A stretch of DNA of 64,000 nucleotides, taken from an uncultured Candidatus Saccharibacteria bacterium (GTDB taxonomy: Bacteria > Patescibacteriota > Minisyncoccia > Phycocordibacterales > UBA12445). Position numbers and translations under genes: made by a program. Of this stretch, positions 26,970 to 37,900 are shown piece by piece (within the stretch, counting starts at the first letter, position 1; every line of letters begins with the position of its first letter). Location of the stretch: NCBI GenBank assembly GCA_964649715.1, contig CAZYTH010000001.1, forward strand, positions 9,245 to 73,244, written 5' to 3'. The notes under the pieces are model-generated. The model saw nothing but the letters and a program-made list of their open reading frames with translations, was not told where the DNA came from and searched no databases.

Positions 26970-29294
26970 ATGGTAAAGAAAGAAAATCCCATTAAAAGTA
27001 TAAAAAAGTATGTCCGAGCGGCGAATTATTTAACCGCTTCCCAGATATATTTACAGGACAACTATTTGTTAGAAAGAGAACTTTCCCGTGACGATATTAA
27101 ATCGAGACTTTTGGGTCATTGGGGTACCTGTCCTGGAATAAATTTTGTTTATGCGAATTTGAATTATTTTATAAAGAAGACAGGAAAAGAAACGATATTT
27201 ATTCTTGGTCCTGGTCATGGGTTTCCTGCTCTTCAGTCAGGTCTTTTTATTGACGGAACTTTAAAAAAATATTTTCCCGAGGCCACTCAAGACGAAAATG
27301 GAGTTGCTTACATATCAAAAAATTTTAGTTGGCCGTATGGCTTTCCCAGCCACAGTAGTCCCACAACCCCAGGGGTCATTGCAGAGGGGGGTGAACTCGG
27401 ATATTCGCTTTCCACTGCCTACGGTGCTGTTTTAGATAATCCAGAACTTTTGGCTGTGTGTCTTGTGGGTGATGGTGAGGCTGAGACAGGTCCGCTGGCG
27501 ACATCTTGGCATTTGAATAAATTTGTAGACCCAGCAACCAATGGAGTTGTTCTTCCGATACTTCATTTAAACGGTTATAAAATATCAGGGCCGACTATTT
27601 TTGGAAGAATGGGGAATAAACAATTACTCTCGCTATTTAGGGGATATGGATATCATCCCATAATTGTAGAGGGAGAGGGGGATATTGTTTATAAAAAAAT
27701 GCTCAACGCCATGGATAAAGTAGATCGAATGATTGGTACACTGAAGAAAAAAGCCAAATTGGGAAAGAAATTTGATTCGCTCCCTTATCCAATGATTATA
27801 TTAAGGACTCCAAAGGGTTGGACAGGAATAAAAGAACTTCATGGAGAAAAAATAGAAGGGAATCATCTTTCTCATCAGGTTGTCGGGCATGATGCAAAAA
27901 ATAACACAGAAGAATTAGAAGCTGTAGAAGAATGGTTGCGGTCGTATCATTTTGAAGAACTTTTTGATAAAGAGAAAGGTTTTTGTGATGATATAGATTC
28001 AATCATTCCAGATGGCGAATTGAAAATGGGAGATAATAAACACACTTTCTCGGATAAAGTCAGAAAGAATCTTATTGTTCCAGAAGTAAAAAAGTTTGAA
28101 AATAAATTAGAGGAAAAGGGGGGGGTTGGTCATGGAAGTATGTTGGTCGCTGGTAAATTTTTTAGAGAGGTATTTGAGAATAATAATAATTTTAGGATTT
28201 TTTCTCCGGATGAAACATATTCAAATAAGATAAACGAGGTATTTATGGCTACAAAAAGGGCGTTTATGCTTCCTACAATGCCCTGGGACAAAGATATTTC
28301 AAGGGATGGTAAGGTAGTCGAGATGCTTTCTGAACACACCTTGCAGGGCCTTTTACAGGGTTACCTGCTTACGGGAAGATATGGTTTTTTTGTTTCTTAT
28401 GAATCTTTTATACAAATAGTAAGTAGCATGGCGGACCAATATTCAAAGTTTTTGAAGATTGCGCGAGAGATACCGTGGAGAGGAGACATTCCTTCAATGA
28501 ATTATATTCTTACTTCTACTGGTTGGAGACAAGACCACAACGGCTTTTCACATCAAAATCCTGGATTTATAAGTGAGATGCTACAAAAAAGGGGTTCATT
28601 TGTTCGTGCTTATTTTCCGGCTGACGAGAATAGCATGTTGGCTGTTTTGAGAGAATGTTCGGGTTCCACTGGACAGATGAATATAATCGTTGCTGGTAAG
28701 ACGCCTGAGCCCAATTGGCTGACACTTTCTGAGGCCGAGAAAAGCGTAAAGGAAGGATTGATGACATGGGATTTTTTAACCGACGAAGAACCCGACATCG
28801 TTTTTGTCGGAATCGGGGATTATCTTACAAAAGAGGCAGTTTCTGCGATTAAGATCATTAAAGAATTAGCACCCGAAGTTAAAATTAGGTTTGTGAATGT
28901 TGTTGAACTCTCAACTTTTGGTTTTGGTAATACTGAATATAAAATGTCGAATGAAGTTTTTGAAAATTATTTTACCGAGGACAAGCCAGTTATTTTTAAT
29001 TTTCACGGTTACCCCGAAGTTATTCAGGCGTTACTTTTCGGAAGAGGAGACACGTCTCGTTTCTCTGTTCATGGCTATATAGAGAATGGTTCCACAACAA
29101 CTCCATTTGATATGCATGTAAGAAACGGAACAAGTAGATATCAACTTGCGATGGAGGCATTGGATAAGATGGCGGATAATGGTGTTATCTTAAAAGAAAA
29201 AGCGACGAATGCTATCAATGAATTAAACAAAAAGATAAAAGAACACAGGGAATATATAATTAAAAATGGAGATGACCCAGTAGGCGTTAGATAG
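26970..29294 (+). CDS. xfp: Xylulose-5-phosphate/fructose-6-phosphate phosphoketolase.
   Basis: GHWGTCPG signature; 774 aa; the TPP-binding region is conserved. Confidence 0.9.
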   Translation: MVKKENPIKSIKKYVRAANYLTASQIYLQDNYLLERELSRDDIKSRLLGHWGTCPGINFVYANLNYFIKKTGKETIFILGPGHGFPALQSGLFIDGTLKKYFPEATQDENGVAYISKNFSWPYGFPSHSSPTTPGVIAEGGELGYSLSTAYGAVLDNPELLAVCLVGDGEAETGPLATSWHLNKFVDPATNGVVLPILHLNGYKISGPTIFGRMGNKQLLSLFRGYGYHPIIVEGEGDIVYKKMLNAMDKVDRMIGTLKKKAKLGKKFDSLPYPMIILRTPKGWTGIKELHGEKIEGNHLSHQVVGHDAKNNTEELEAVEEWLRSYHFEELFDKEKGFCDDIDSIIPDGELKMGDNKHTFSDKVRKNLIVPEVKKFENKLEEKGGVGHGSMLVAGKFFREVFENNNNFRIFSPDETYSNKINEVFMATKRAFMLPTMPWDKDISRDGKVVEMLSEHTLQGLLQGYLLTGRYGFFVSYESFIQIVSSMADQYSKFLKIAREIPWRGDIPSMNYILTSTGWRQDHNGFSHQNPGFISEMLQKRGSFVRAYFPADENSMLAVLRECSGSTGQMNIIVAGKTPEPNWLTLSEAEKSVKEGLMTWDFLTDEEPDIVFVGIGDYLTKEAVSAIKIIKELAPEVKIRFVNVVELSTFGFGNTEYKMSNEVFENYFTEDKPVIFNFHGYPEVIQALLFGRGDTSRFSVHGYIENGSTTTPFDMHVRNGTSRYQLAMEALDKMADNGVILKEKATNAINELNKKIKEHREYIIKNGDDPVGVR

Positions 29295-29302
29295 ATAAAA
29301 TT

Positions 29303-30490
29303 ATGGAACAAAAAATTTTAATAATAAACCCAGGGAGTGCTTCAAAAAAATATGCTTTTTATGTTGGCGATGAAGAGGTTTTAAGAGCGCATTTCGAGGC
29401 TGAAAATGATGTTTTTTTGGTTTCTTGGTTAGAGAAAGGACAGACAGAAAAAGAAATTCTTTCTGATTATGATTACAAGAAAAGCACGGAAAAATTTTTA
29501 AAGAAGGTTGTTTATGGTGAGAAAATAAAAGAATATGGAGAAATAACAGGGGTTGCAATAAGGACGGTTGCATCAGGAACTTATTTTTTGGAGCATCATT
29601 TAATAGACGAGGATTTTCTGGATAAGATATCAGAGGCGGAAGATAGAGCTCCACTACATCTTTCATCTTTCTTGCACGAAATAAGAGAATTGCAAAATAT
29701 TTTGCCGGAGGTTAAAAAATATTCAATATCTGATAGCGCTTTTTATTCAAAAAAAAATAAACCGTCTAAGTATTATGGTCTACCGGTTCAAATAGCGGAA
29801 GAATATGATATGTATCGATTCGGTTATCATGGCATATCTGCAAGTTCGGTTGTTAGAAAATTAAAAAAAGAAATGGTTGTTTTGCCTTTAGATACTATTA
29901 TCTGTCATCTCGGTAGCGGAATAAGTGTCATTGGGGTTAAAAATGGAATTGGGTTTGATACTTCTATGGGTTTTACGCCACTTGAGGGAGCTGTAATGAG
30001 TACTAGATCTGGAAATATTGATGCTGGGGCACTTTGTTATCTTTTGAAGAGAAAGGGTTTTTCTTCCGATGAACTTATTTCTTTTTTGAACAAAAAGTGT
30101 GGTCTTTTGGGTCTATCGTCAGGGAAGACCGATGATATGAGAGAGCTCATAAGAGGAGAAGATGGCGGAGACGAAGACGCAAAAAGAGCGATAGATGTTT
30201 TTGTTTATCGCATCAAGAAAGAGATCGGTTCAATGGTTTTTGCCCTTGGGGGAGTGGAACTTGTTGTGTTTACAGCAACAATGGGAGAACGTTCCAACAT
30301 AATAAGAGAAAAAGTTTGCACTGGAATGAAAGACCTCGGTATTGTTCTGAATAAGGAAAAAAATAAAAAAACAACAGAAATGAATGGGGTGATTAGTGAA
30401 GACGATTCTCCTGTAAAGGTGGTTGTTGTTAAAACAGATGAGATGGGTGAAATGTTTGAAATCTTTAAAGAAATCATACAAACGAGTTAA
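29303..30490 (+). CDS. ackA: Acetate kinase.
   Basis: ILIINPGSASKKYAF at the N-terminus, ICHLGSGISV, GFTPLEG. It follows the phosphoketolase directly. Confidence 0.85.
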   Translation: MEQKILIINPGSASKKYAFYVGDEEVLRAHFEAENDVFLVSWLEKGQTEKEILSDYDYKKSTEKFLKKVVYGEKIKEYGEITGVAIRTVASGTYFLEHHLIDEDFLDKISEAEDRAPLHLSSFLHEIRELQNILPEVKKYSISDSAFYSKKNKPSKYYGLPVQIAEEYDMYRFGYHGISASSVVRKLKKEMVVLPLDTIICHLGSGISVIGVKNGIGFDTSMGFTPLEGAVMSTRSGNIDAGALCYLLKRKGFSSDELISFLNKKCGLLGLSSGKTDDMRELIRGEDGGDEDAKRAIDVFVYRIKKEIGSMVFALGGVELVVFTATMGERSNIIREKVCTGMKDLGIVLNKEKNKKTTEMNGVISEDDSPVKVVVVKTDEMGEMFEIFKEIIQTS

Positions 30491-30723
30491 TGGAAAATAA
30501 TTTTTGGGCTTGGAAAATTTTTAATAAAATTTATTTTTTTATATAATCATAGATGAGCTTCTAAGTTTCGACAGATAAGACAAAGACACTTAATACATTT
30601 TAAAGTATTGACAGAGCCTCAACATCGCTAAAAGACCTTTTAAAAAGGTTTTTTAGTTTTTTATGGGACAAATTCAAATAGAAATGATATAATTGATAAA
30701 GTTGAAGTTAACATTTTAAAATT

Positions 30724-30945
30724 ATGACAGGAATGAGTTTATCGTTTGGAGGTTTATTTATACCGTTTCTAATCTGGTCAATTTTTTGGAAAGGAATGGC
30801 TTTATGGAGATCAGCTAGATTAGGTCAAAGAAATTGGTTTATAGCTATTCTTGTTTTAAATACGATTGGTGTTCTAGAAATAATATATCTTTATTACATA
30901 ACAGAACCGGAGAAGAAAGAAATTTTAAGAGAAAATAAAGAATAA
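30724..30945 (+). CDS. Small membrane protein (73 aa).
   Basis: Two predicted TM helices. Confidence 0.4.
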   Translation: MTGMSLSFGGLFIPFLIWSIFWKGMALWRSARLGQRNWFIAILVLNTIGVLEIIYLYYITEPEKKEILRENKE

Positions 30946-30987
30946 GCAAGATAGAATATTCAGACTTCAGTATCTTTTTAATTTTAG

Positions 30988-31512
30988 ATGTTCAAAAATT
31001 ACAAAGATGCAGTGACGATAATACTGGGAGTCATTTCGGTAACAGGTAGTTTTGTTTTTGTGGAAAAGTTGTTATTTTTCTATAATAATTTTGATATCAG
31101 AGACTTGTCTGTGGGTGAAGTGTCTCGTGCATTCAATACAATTTTGGGCGAAAAGAGTTTTAATTTTGGTAAAGTCAATAATAGTGTCGGTTTTATATCA
31201 CACAACTTTGAATTAAAAAATAATAATACTTCTCCCATTTTTATTTCTAGAATTTACACCTCTTGTGGTTGTTTATCTGCAAGAATTTTTACAAACAAAG
31301 GTGTTTTTGGTCCGTTTGATATTCAAAATTATTTTAATCTGTGGGGTGGGGGAGTTGTTGTTGGTGTTGGAGAAAAATTTATTGTTGAGGCAACATTGTA
31401 TCCTGGAAAGATAGGTCCTGTTCCAGCGGGAATAGTTGATCCGAGAATAGTTTTAAACGGAAGAGATGGGGGTAATATAATTTTAAGAGTATCAGCTTTG
31501 ATTTTTCCTTAA
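30988..31512 (+). CDS. DUF1573-like protein.
   Basis: FNFGKVNNSVGF...F.LKNNNTSPIFISRIYTSCGC matches the DUF1573 core (f.fG.v...N.G..pL.I.....sCGC). Confidence 0.5.
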   Translation: MFKNYKDAVTIILGVISVTGSFVFVEKLLFFYNNFDIRDLSVGEVSRAFNTILGEKSFNFGKVNNSVGFISHNFELKNNNTSPIFISRIYTSCGCLSARIFTNKGVFGPFDIQNYFNLWGGGVVVGVGEKFIVEATLYPGKIGPVPAGIVDPRIVLNGRDGGNIILRVSALIFP

Positions 31513-31617
31513 TTATTTATTTATAAAATGATTAATATTTTTTGGGTAAAGAATCTGCACTAAAGGATATATATAATATATTTTTGTAATAATTAAGATT
31601 GTGATATTATTAGGAGT

Positions 31618-33000
31618 ATGAGAAAAAAAATATCCATTTCTTTTTTGGTTTTAGGTGTTTTGGTAACTTGGGTAAATATTACAAACGCTTTAGATGTTTC
31701 TCAAGAAGTTACACCATCGTCTTCTGGAGACAATGGTCTTATTGTTGTGACACCTCAACAAAATACACCCCCAATAGACCCACCAGTCCCTCCACCAGTT
31801 CCTCCGATTGAGCCACCTGTTTATCCAATAGATCCACCGGTCCCTCCACCAGTCCCTCCACCAGTTCCTCCGATTGAGCCACCTGTTTATCCAATAGATC
31901 CACCAGTCCCTCCACCAGTTCCTCCGATTGAGCCCCCTGTTTATCCAACAGAACCATCAGTTTTTTCAGTAATTTATCCTGAGATAAGCGTTCAGATAGA
32001 GAAAGTTTTTGAAACTGCGAGGGAAGCTGTTGTGGGTCCGGTTGGAAAAATAATTACGCGAGTTGCTCAGCCAGCGGGGGTTATAGCAGGAGCGGGGGTT
32101 ATAGCAACGCAGGCAATATTAACTGCCGCCACAATGACAGTAACCTCTTTTGGTGATGTTTATCTTTTGGCCTGGAGGTTGCTCGGTCTGATATTTGGCG
32201 CAGGCAAAAAGAGAGGCAAACCATGGGGAACGGTTTATGACTCAATAACAAAAAGACCTCTTGATCCAGCATATGTTGTGGTTAAAAAAGCCACAGGAGA
32301 GGAGGTTGCTGATGCTATAACTGATCTTGATGGAAGGTATGGTTTTCTTGTTCCTTTCGGGAGCTATAGATTAGAAGCAAGCAAAACAAATTATTCTTTT
32401 CCAACTAAAAATCTTGAAGGTATAAACAAGGACGAACTTTACGATAATATTTATCATAAAGAGGTTATCGAAACAAAAGAAGGGGATGTTATCCTTAAAA
32501 ATATACCACTTGACCCAATTGGGTTTGATTGGAATGAATTTCAGAAGAATAAACAAAATTTGTTTAGAATCTATTCTGACAGAGAGAAGGTCTGGGTTAA
32601 GGTATTCAATTCGCTTTATTTTATTGGTTTTGCGTCAGCTCTTATTGCGACCATTTTTGATCCCAGAAAAATTAATTTTTTGTTTTTAGGTTTTTATCTT
32701 CTATTTGTGATCTATAATATTATGTTTGGTACACAAAAAAGGAAGGCTGTATCTATCAAGTATGCAAAAACAAAAGAACCCATACCATTTGCTATCGTGA
32801 AAGTTTTTTTTGCCGAACTTAATAATCAGGTTAAAACAGTTGTAGCGGACCATTTAGGTAGGTTTTATTTCCTAATTGGCCCTGGAAAATATTATTTAAC
32901 GATAGAGGAAAAACAGCCTGATGGAGGTTACAAAATGGTTCACAAGACACCCCCGATGGTTTTGGGGAGCGGTGTTATTACTGAAGATATTTTGGTCTAG
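31618..33000 (+). CDS. Secreted/membrane protein with a proline-rich tandem repeat (PPVPPIEPPVYPIDPPVPPPV, 3 copies) and two carboxypeptidase-regulatory-like beta-sandwich domains.
   Basis: Signal peptide. Near-identical 60-nt DNA repeats at 31783-31957. Motifs GTVYDSITKRPLDPAYVVV and PFAIVKVFFAELNNQV. Confidence 0.55.
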   Translation: MRKKISISFLVLGVLVTWVNITNALDVSQEVTPSSSGDNGLIVVTPQQNTPPIDPPVPPPVPPIEPPVYPIDPPVPPPVPPPVPPIEPPVYPIDPPVPPPVPPIEPPVYPTEPSVFSVIYPEISVQIEKVFETAREAVVGPVGKIITRVAQPAGVIAGAGVIATQAILTAATMTVTSFGDVYLLAWRLLGLIFGAGKKRGKPWGTVYDSITKRPLDPAYVVVKKATGEEVADAITDLDGRYGFLVPFGSYRLEASKTNYSFPTKNLEGINKDELYDNIYHKEVIETKEGDVILKNIPLDPIGFDWNEFQKNKQNLFRIYSDREKVWVKVFNSLYFIGFASALIATIFDPRKINFLFLGFYLLFVIYNIMFGTQKRKAVSIKYAKTKEPIPFAIVKVFFAELNNQVKTVVADHLGRFYFLIGPGKYYLTIEEKQPDGGYKMVHKTPPMVLGSGVITEDILV

Positions 33001-33003
33001 CTT

Positions 33004-33882
33004 ATGAAGAAAGAATTATTTTATTTGATAAGTCTTTTGTTGCTTCTGCCATTTTCGTTATATGCTTTTTCTGTTGAGAGATTAGGCGACGTGCCAGTAG
33101 TAAATGACTTTGTAATTTCCCCTGCAAAGGTAGAGTTTGATATAAGACCAGGAGAAAATATCATAAAAAATATTTTAGTTACTAATAGGTCTGGAGAAAA
33201 AGCAACTTTCTGGATAGAATTTGAAAAACTTGAGATGGGTGAGGGTAGTCGTTCTTTAGCAGAGTTTATGCATTCTAGTGTTCGTGAATTTTCTCTTTTT
33301 CATGGAGAGACGGCCAATATTTCAATCTCTATTAATATACCCAATGATGAAAAAAGTGGTGGTATGTATGGTGTCGTACTTATCTCCAGTAAACGTTCTT
33401 CTGTAAAAGATAATAGTGGAGGTGCAAATATTATAACGAGGGCGGGATCGGTTTTTTTGTGTAGGATTGATGGAGAGGACGTCTTACAGAGCGGTGAATT
33501 TTTAGGGTTTGAAAAGGTGGAAAATGGATTTAAAATGGATTTTAAAAATAACGGAGATTCCCATTTAAACCCATATGGAACCATAGAATTAAAGGATATT
33601 TTCGGAAGAACTTTTAAGAAAATAGGAGTTGACCCATGGTTCGTTCTTCCAAAAACACAAAGAACCAGAGAAATCGTGTGGGAAGATGAATCATATTTTT
33701 ATTTCTATAAAGTATCAGCTTTATTGTATCCAGGTTATGGGGGAATGGATAATATAAAAATTTATAAAGTATGGGTATATTCAGAAAAGACAGCGTATTT
33801 TATTTCTGCGGTTTTGGTTTTTTCTTTAGTGATGATATTGTATTTTTTTAAAAGAAAGAAAAAAATAAAAAATGAAAAATAA
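33004..33882 (+). CDS. Secreted protein with a C-terminal TM anchor; hypothetical.
   Basis: Signal peptide MKKELFYLISLLLLLPFSLYAFS and a C-terminal hydrophobic helix followed by KRKKKIK. Confidence 0.5.
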   Translation: MKKELFYLISLLLLLPFSLYAFSVERLGDVPVVNDFVISPAKVEFDIRPGENIIKNILVTNRSGEKATFWIEFEKLEMGEGSRSLAEFMHSSVREFSLFHGETANISISINIPNDEKSGGMYGVVLISSKRSSVKDNSGGANIITRAGSVFLCRIDGEDVLQSGEFLGFEKVENGFKMDFKNNGDSHLNPYGTIELKDIFGRTFKKIGVDPWFVLPKTQRTREIVWEDESYFYFYKVSALLYPGYGGMDNIKIYKVWVYSEKTAYFISAVLVFSLVMILYFFKRKKKIKNEK

Positions 33883-34624
33883 AAAGATATTTTATTTCTT
33901 GCCTGTTGCCTTGCTGTCTTTTGTTTTTACAGCACAAGCATATGTTGCAAGTAGTACGAATTTTAGGATAGAAAGTGATGTTGTTTCTATGGGTGGCGGT
34001 TTTTCTACATCTACCAATTTTAGTGTTCAGGATAGCTTGAGCGACAGGGTTTTGGGGATGGTGTCAGGAACGACAAGCGGAATAAATACAGGATATCTTC
34101 CAATGCTTTCTTCTTCTATTTCGGTTACATATCCTTCTTCTGTGGCTTTGTTACCGGCAATTAAATCAGGAGAAGGGGGGCAAGGAAACGGTTCTGCGTC
34201 TGTTACGGTAATAACTGATAATCCCGGTGGTTATTCTCTTTCAGTTAAAGCATCAACCGAGCCAGCCTTGAAAAGTAATACTGATAGTTTCGCAAATTAT
34301 AATCCAGCGCTTTTGGGTACCCCAGACTTTAACTGGTCTGTGGTCTTAGCTGATTCTAGATTTGGTTTTAGTCCAGAAGGAATACATATTCATCAAAAAT
34401 ATAAAGATGATGGGATATCTTGCAACGCTGGTATCGGCGATACAATAAATAAATGTTGGGATTCTATTGACACTGTGAATAAGGTGATATCAATATCAAA
34501 TTTAAACAATCACCCATTGGGAACGGCGACAACTCTTAAATTAAGATCTGAGGCAGGATCAGGAAGAAGACAAGGATCGGGAACTTATGTTGCGAATATA
34601 ATAATAACAGCAATCGCTCTATAG
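33872..34624 (+). CDS. Secreted hypothetical protein (250 aa).
   Basis: Signal peptide; Ser/Thr/Gly-rich. Confidence 0.5.
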   Translation: MKNKKIFYFLPVALLSFVFTAQAYVASSTNFRIESDVVSMGGGFSTSTNFSVQDSLSDRVLGMVSGTTSGINTGYLPMLSSSISVTYPSSVALLPAIKSGEGGQGNGSASVTVITDNPGGYSLSVKASTEPALKSNTDSFANYNPALLGTPDFNWSVVLADSRFGFSPEGIHIHQKYKDDGISCNAGIGDTINKCWDSIDTVNKVISISNLNNHPLGTATTLKLRSEAGSGRRQGSGTYVANIIITAIAL

Positions 34625-34933
34625 CCAAATAAAGTATTCCTGTAATCTTAAAATTACAAAAACAAAGGTATTTTTTTATTTAAATAGATAATTATTTTAA
34701 ATAATTATCTATTTTTCTGTGTGTGGTTTTTATTTTTAAAATATATTGCGTTGCTTAAATATATTTTGTGATTAGTTATCCACAGTTTTGCTTTTTTATT
34801 TGTGGTTATTTGGTTATAATAGTTTAATGGCTGAGGAGTCTTTATTGATGGAGTCTGTTCCTTCGTCAAGATGCATGTAACTGATGGAAAAAAGAAAATT
34901 TTATTTTAAAATCGTTCTCATATTTTATTTGTA

Positions 34934-37900
34934 TTGGGAATTTATTCTAATGCGAATTCTTTTTCCGTAAAAGATGTTTTAATTGATCATGATATCAAAG
35001 GAAAGATGATTGCTCTTGTTTCTGAAAGTTTTTCTAAAACATTTTCAACGGTTACTTCTTATTTAAAAGAAAGAATTTATTCTGTTGCCAGCAGAATAAA
35101 TAGTGGTTTTGTTTCGAGCGATGGTTATTCATTGGAGAATATAAACGAATATACAGAGACAGAGAAGAGTAAGTTTGATTTCATAAGAAAAGAAATAGGT
35201 GGCGCCATTGAAAGCGGATATTTTAAAATAGAAACTTCTTTGCCGTTGGTATCAACAGGAGACAATACTGAGAATACAATTGTCTCAGATAGAAAAATTG
35301 TGGTAGAAAAAGAATTTGTAAGCATTCCTGTAACTAGAGAAATTGTATCATCGCTCGGTTTTTATAACAGAGAAGAAGTTGACGAAGCCATACTTAAAAT
35401 GAGTTTGGCTCATAAAAATGAATTACTTTCGTTGATAAATAATTTATCAACGGTATCTGATTATCGCTATTCAGGAAATACTCAAGCGATTGCGCTCACA
35501 AATAAAATAGATAATTTAAGCAACGTAACAATATCAAACGCAATTATGTCTGGAGTTTCTGGTCTAACAGATGCCGATATTCCAGACGGTATAACGGCTT
35601 TAAATTACTTTCCTTTGTCTGGAGGGAATCTAACGGGAAAACTTGGTATCGGAACCACATCACCTTATGCCCCTCTTTCTGTCGTTGGTGAGGCGGTGGC
35701 TTCTTTTTACACATCCACAGGAAAAAGCACCTCAACTTTTGCTTCGGGTATTGAGCTTACGGACGGTTGCTTCTCTATTAATGGAATTTGTGTTGCCGGT
35801 GGTTCTGTATCTGACGGAACTTTCTCCACCACCTCTGCAGATAATTGGTTTGCCTCAGCAGACAGATTCTCCACTACATCTACAAATTTTGCTGTTAATA
35901 CTTTTGTAAGTTCATCAACAACGATTCCCAAGACATACACAGCCAACACATTTACGGGTATAAATAATTTTAATGGTAAAACAAATCTTACAAACGCATC
36001 CTCCACACTATTCTCTGTAACAGGTTCAGCTTGGTTGGGGACACTCACAGGTCCTATTCAAGCAATCAACGGTTTAGTATCAGCGACAAATACGTTATCT
36101 GTTTCTTATGGTGGTACAGGTATTTCAACTCTTCCTACTTATGGACAAGTACTTTTGGGTAATTCTTCGGGTGGATATACATTAACAGCTACATCATCTC
36201 TTGGGATAACGGCAGTAGGCGATGGTACATTCTCTACAACTTCGGCTGATTACTGGTTAACCTTAAATCAGGGAGATGCTTTCTCTACCACCTCCGCTCA
36301 ATACTTCTTAAGCACAGCTACTGGTATTACAAGAACGTTAGCAACAGCTAGCTCTACTTCCAATGTTTCATTACAGACAACTGAAACATTAATTCAATCA
36401 GTAATATTCACTCCAGCAAGTTTATCTAACAGTATTGTAATCAATATGGATTTGTTGTTGCAGGCAAACACAAATCAAGCAAGAACAGGAACTATCTACC
36501 TGAGACGTGGTAGTTGTACGACGGGGACTCTCATTGGTTTTCCTATGCAATATAATTCCCCCGGTAACAATATTGGAATTACACTATCTCAGGGATTTAC
36601 TTTGGTTGATAAACCAAACACCATATCTTCTGTTACTTATTCGGTTTGCGGAACAGCATCCCTCAATAATTCAATTTCGGCTGTAGATAGGACATTGCTT
36701 TTGACAGAAATAAATGGAGCTGTTGTCGGTGCCGACTTGGCTGAAATTTACCCTACAAATGACCCAACCCTGAAGTCTGGAGAAATTGTAAGCATAGACA
36801 AGGAATCAATTTATAGTGGTGTAAAGAGAAGCTCTGGTTCATATGATAAAGATGCGATTGGAATAATAACCACCAAGCCAGGTTATATTTTGGGTGATGA
36901 CACTTCGGTTTCCGATATAAGTATTGCAACTGTTGCGCTTGCGGGACGAGTCCCTCTTCTTGTAAATAATGAAAACGGTCCAATAAGGATTGGCGACATG
37001 TTAACTTCTTCATCAGAGGCGGGTGTTGCCATGAGGGCAACGAAAGCTGGACAGGTTATCGCACAGGCTCTTTCCGGATATGGTGGCGACAATTCGGGGA
37101 TTGTTATTGCTTTTATAAAAATGGAAGACTTTGGGGGGGCTGATATAGAAGATATTATTCCTGGGCTTTCTGTCGATGGAAATAGTATCAACTCAATAAA
37201 CTCAGAATCTACGTTAAAAACAAGCAAGGAAATTCTTTCTTGGCTTAAGAATACTTCAGAATCAAATACTTCCAATATTGAATCGGAAATATTCACAGAT
37301 AGAATTTCTGCTGGTCTTGAAATAATATCACCAAGAGTTGTCGCAAGTGGACTTATTTTAAATAGTATTAGTGCTGTTGATAAGGAGATAATTTTCAATG
37401 ATGATATTATGTTCTTTGGTAGGCCTTACTTTAACTCTGATACTGGTGGTTTCGCTATTATAAAAACTGGCGCAAGAAAGGTTAATGTTGAATTTGAAAG
37501 AGAATTTGTAAATAATCCTGTCGTTAATGCTTCAATAACTACAGATGACTCATTTGATTCTGCCTCAGTTGAATCACTATTCTCTGGAAACATTAAATAT
37601 GCCATTACAAATTTAACCTCAAAAGGATTTACTCTAACAATAAACAAAACATCTGATTCCGATATTCATTTCAGTTGGATGGCCCTTGCTATAAAGAATG
37701 CAAAAACCTTCTCAAGCAAAACTGAAGATTTTGTAGCTCCTTTAGTTTCAAGTCAGACAGCTAATCTTTCATCTTCAGAAATTAATGATGAAAACAAGAT
37801 ACCCCCAGTTATAACTTTAAATGGAAATAATCCAGCAAGGTTAAGCGTAGGTTCTGTTTATTCAGACATGGGCGCGATAGTCACAGACAATAAAGATGAA

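Noticed and set aside
31783-31957. CRISPR-like tandem repeats.
   Set aside because: They are in-frame coding repeats inside a proline-rich protein, with no unique spacers.
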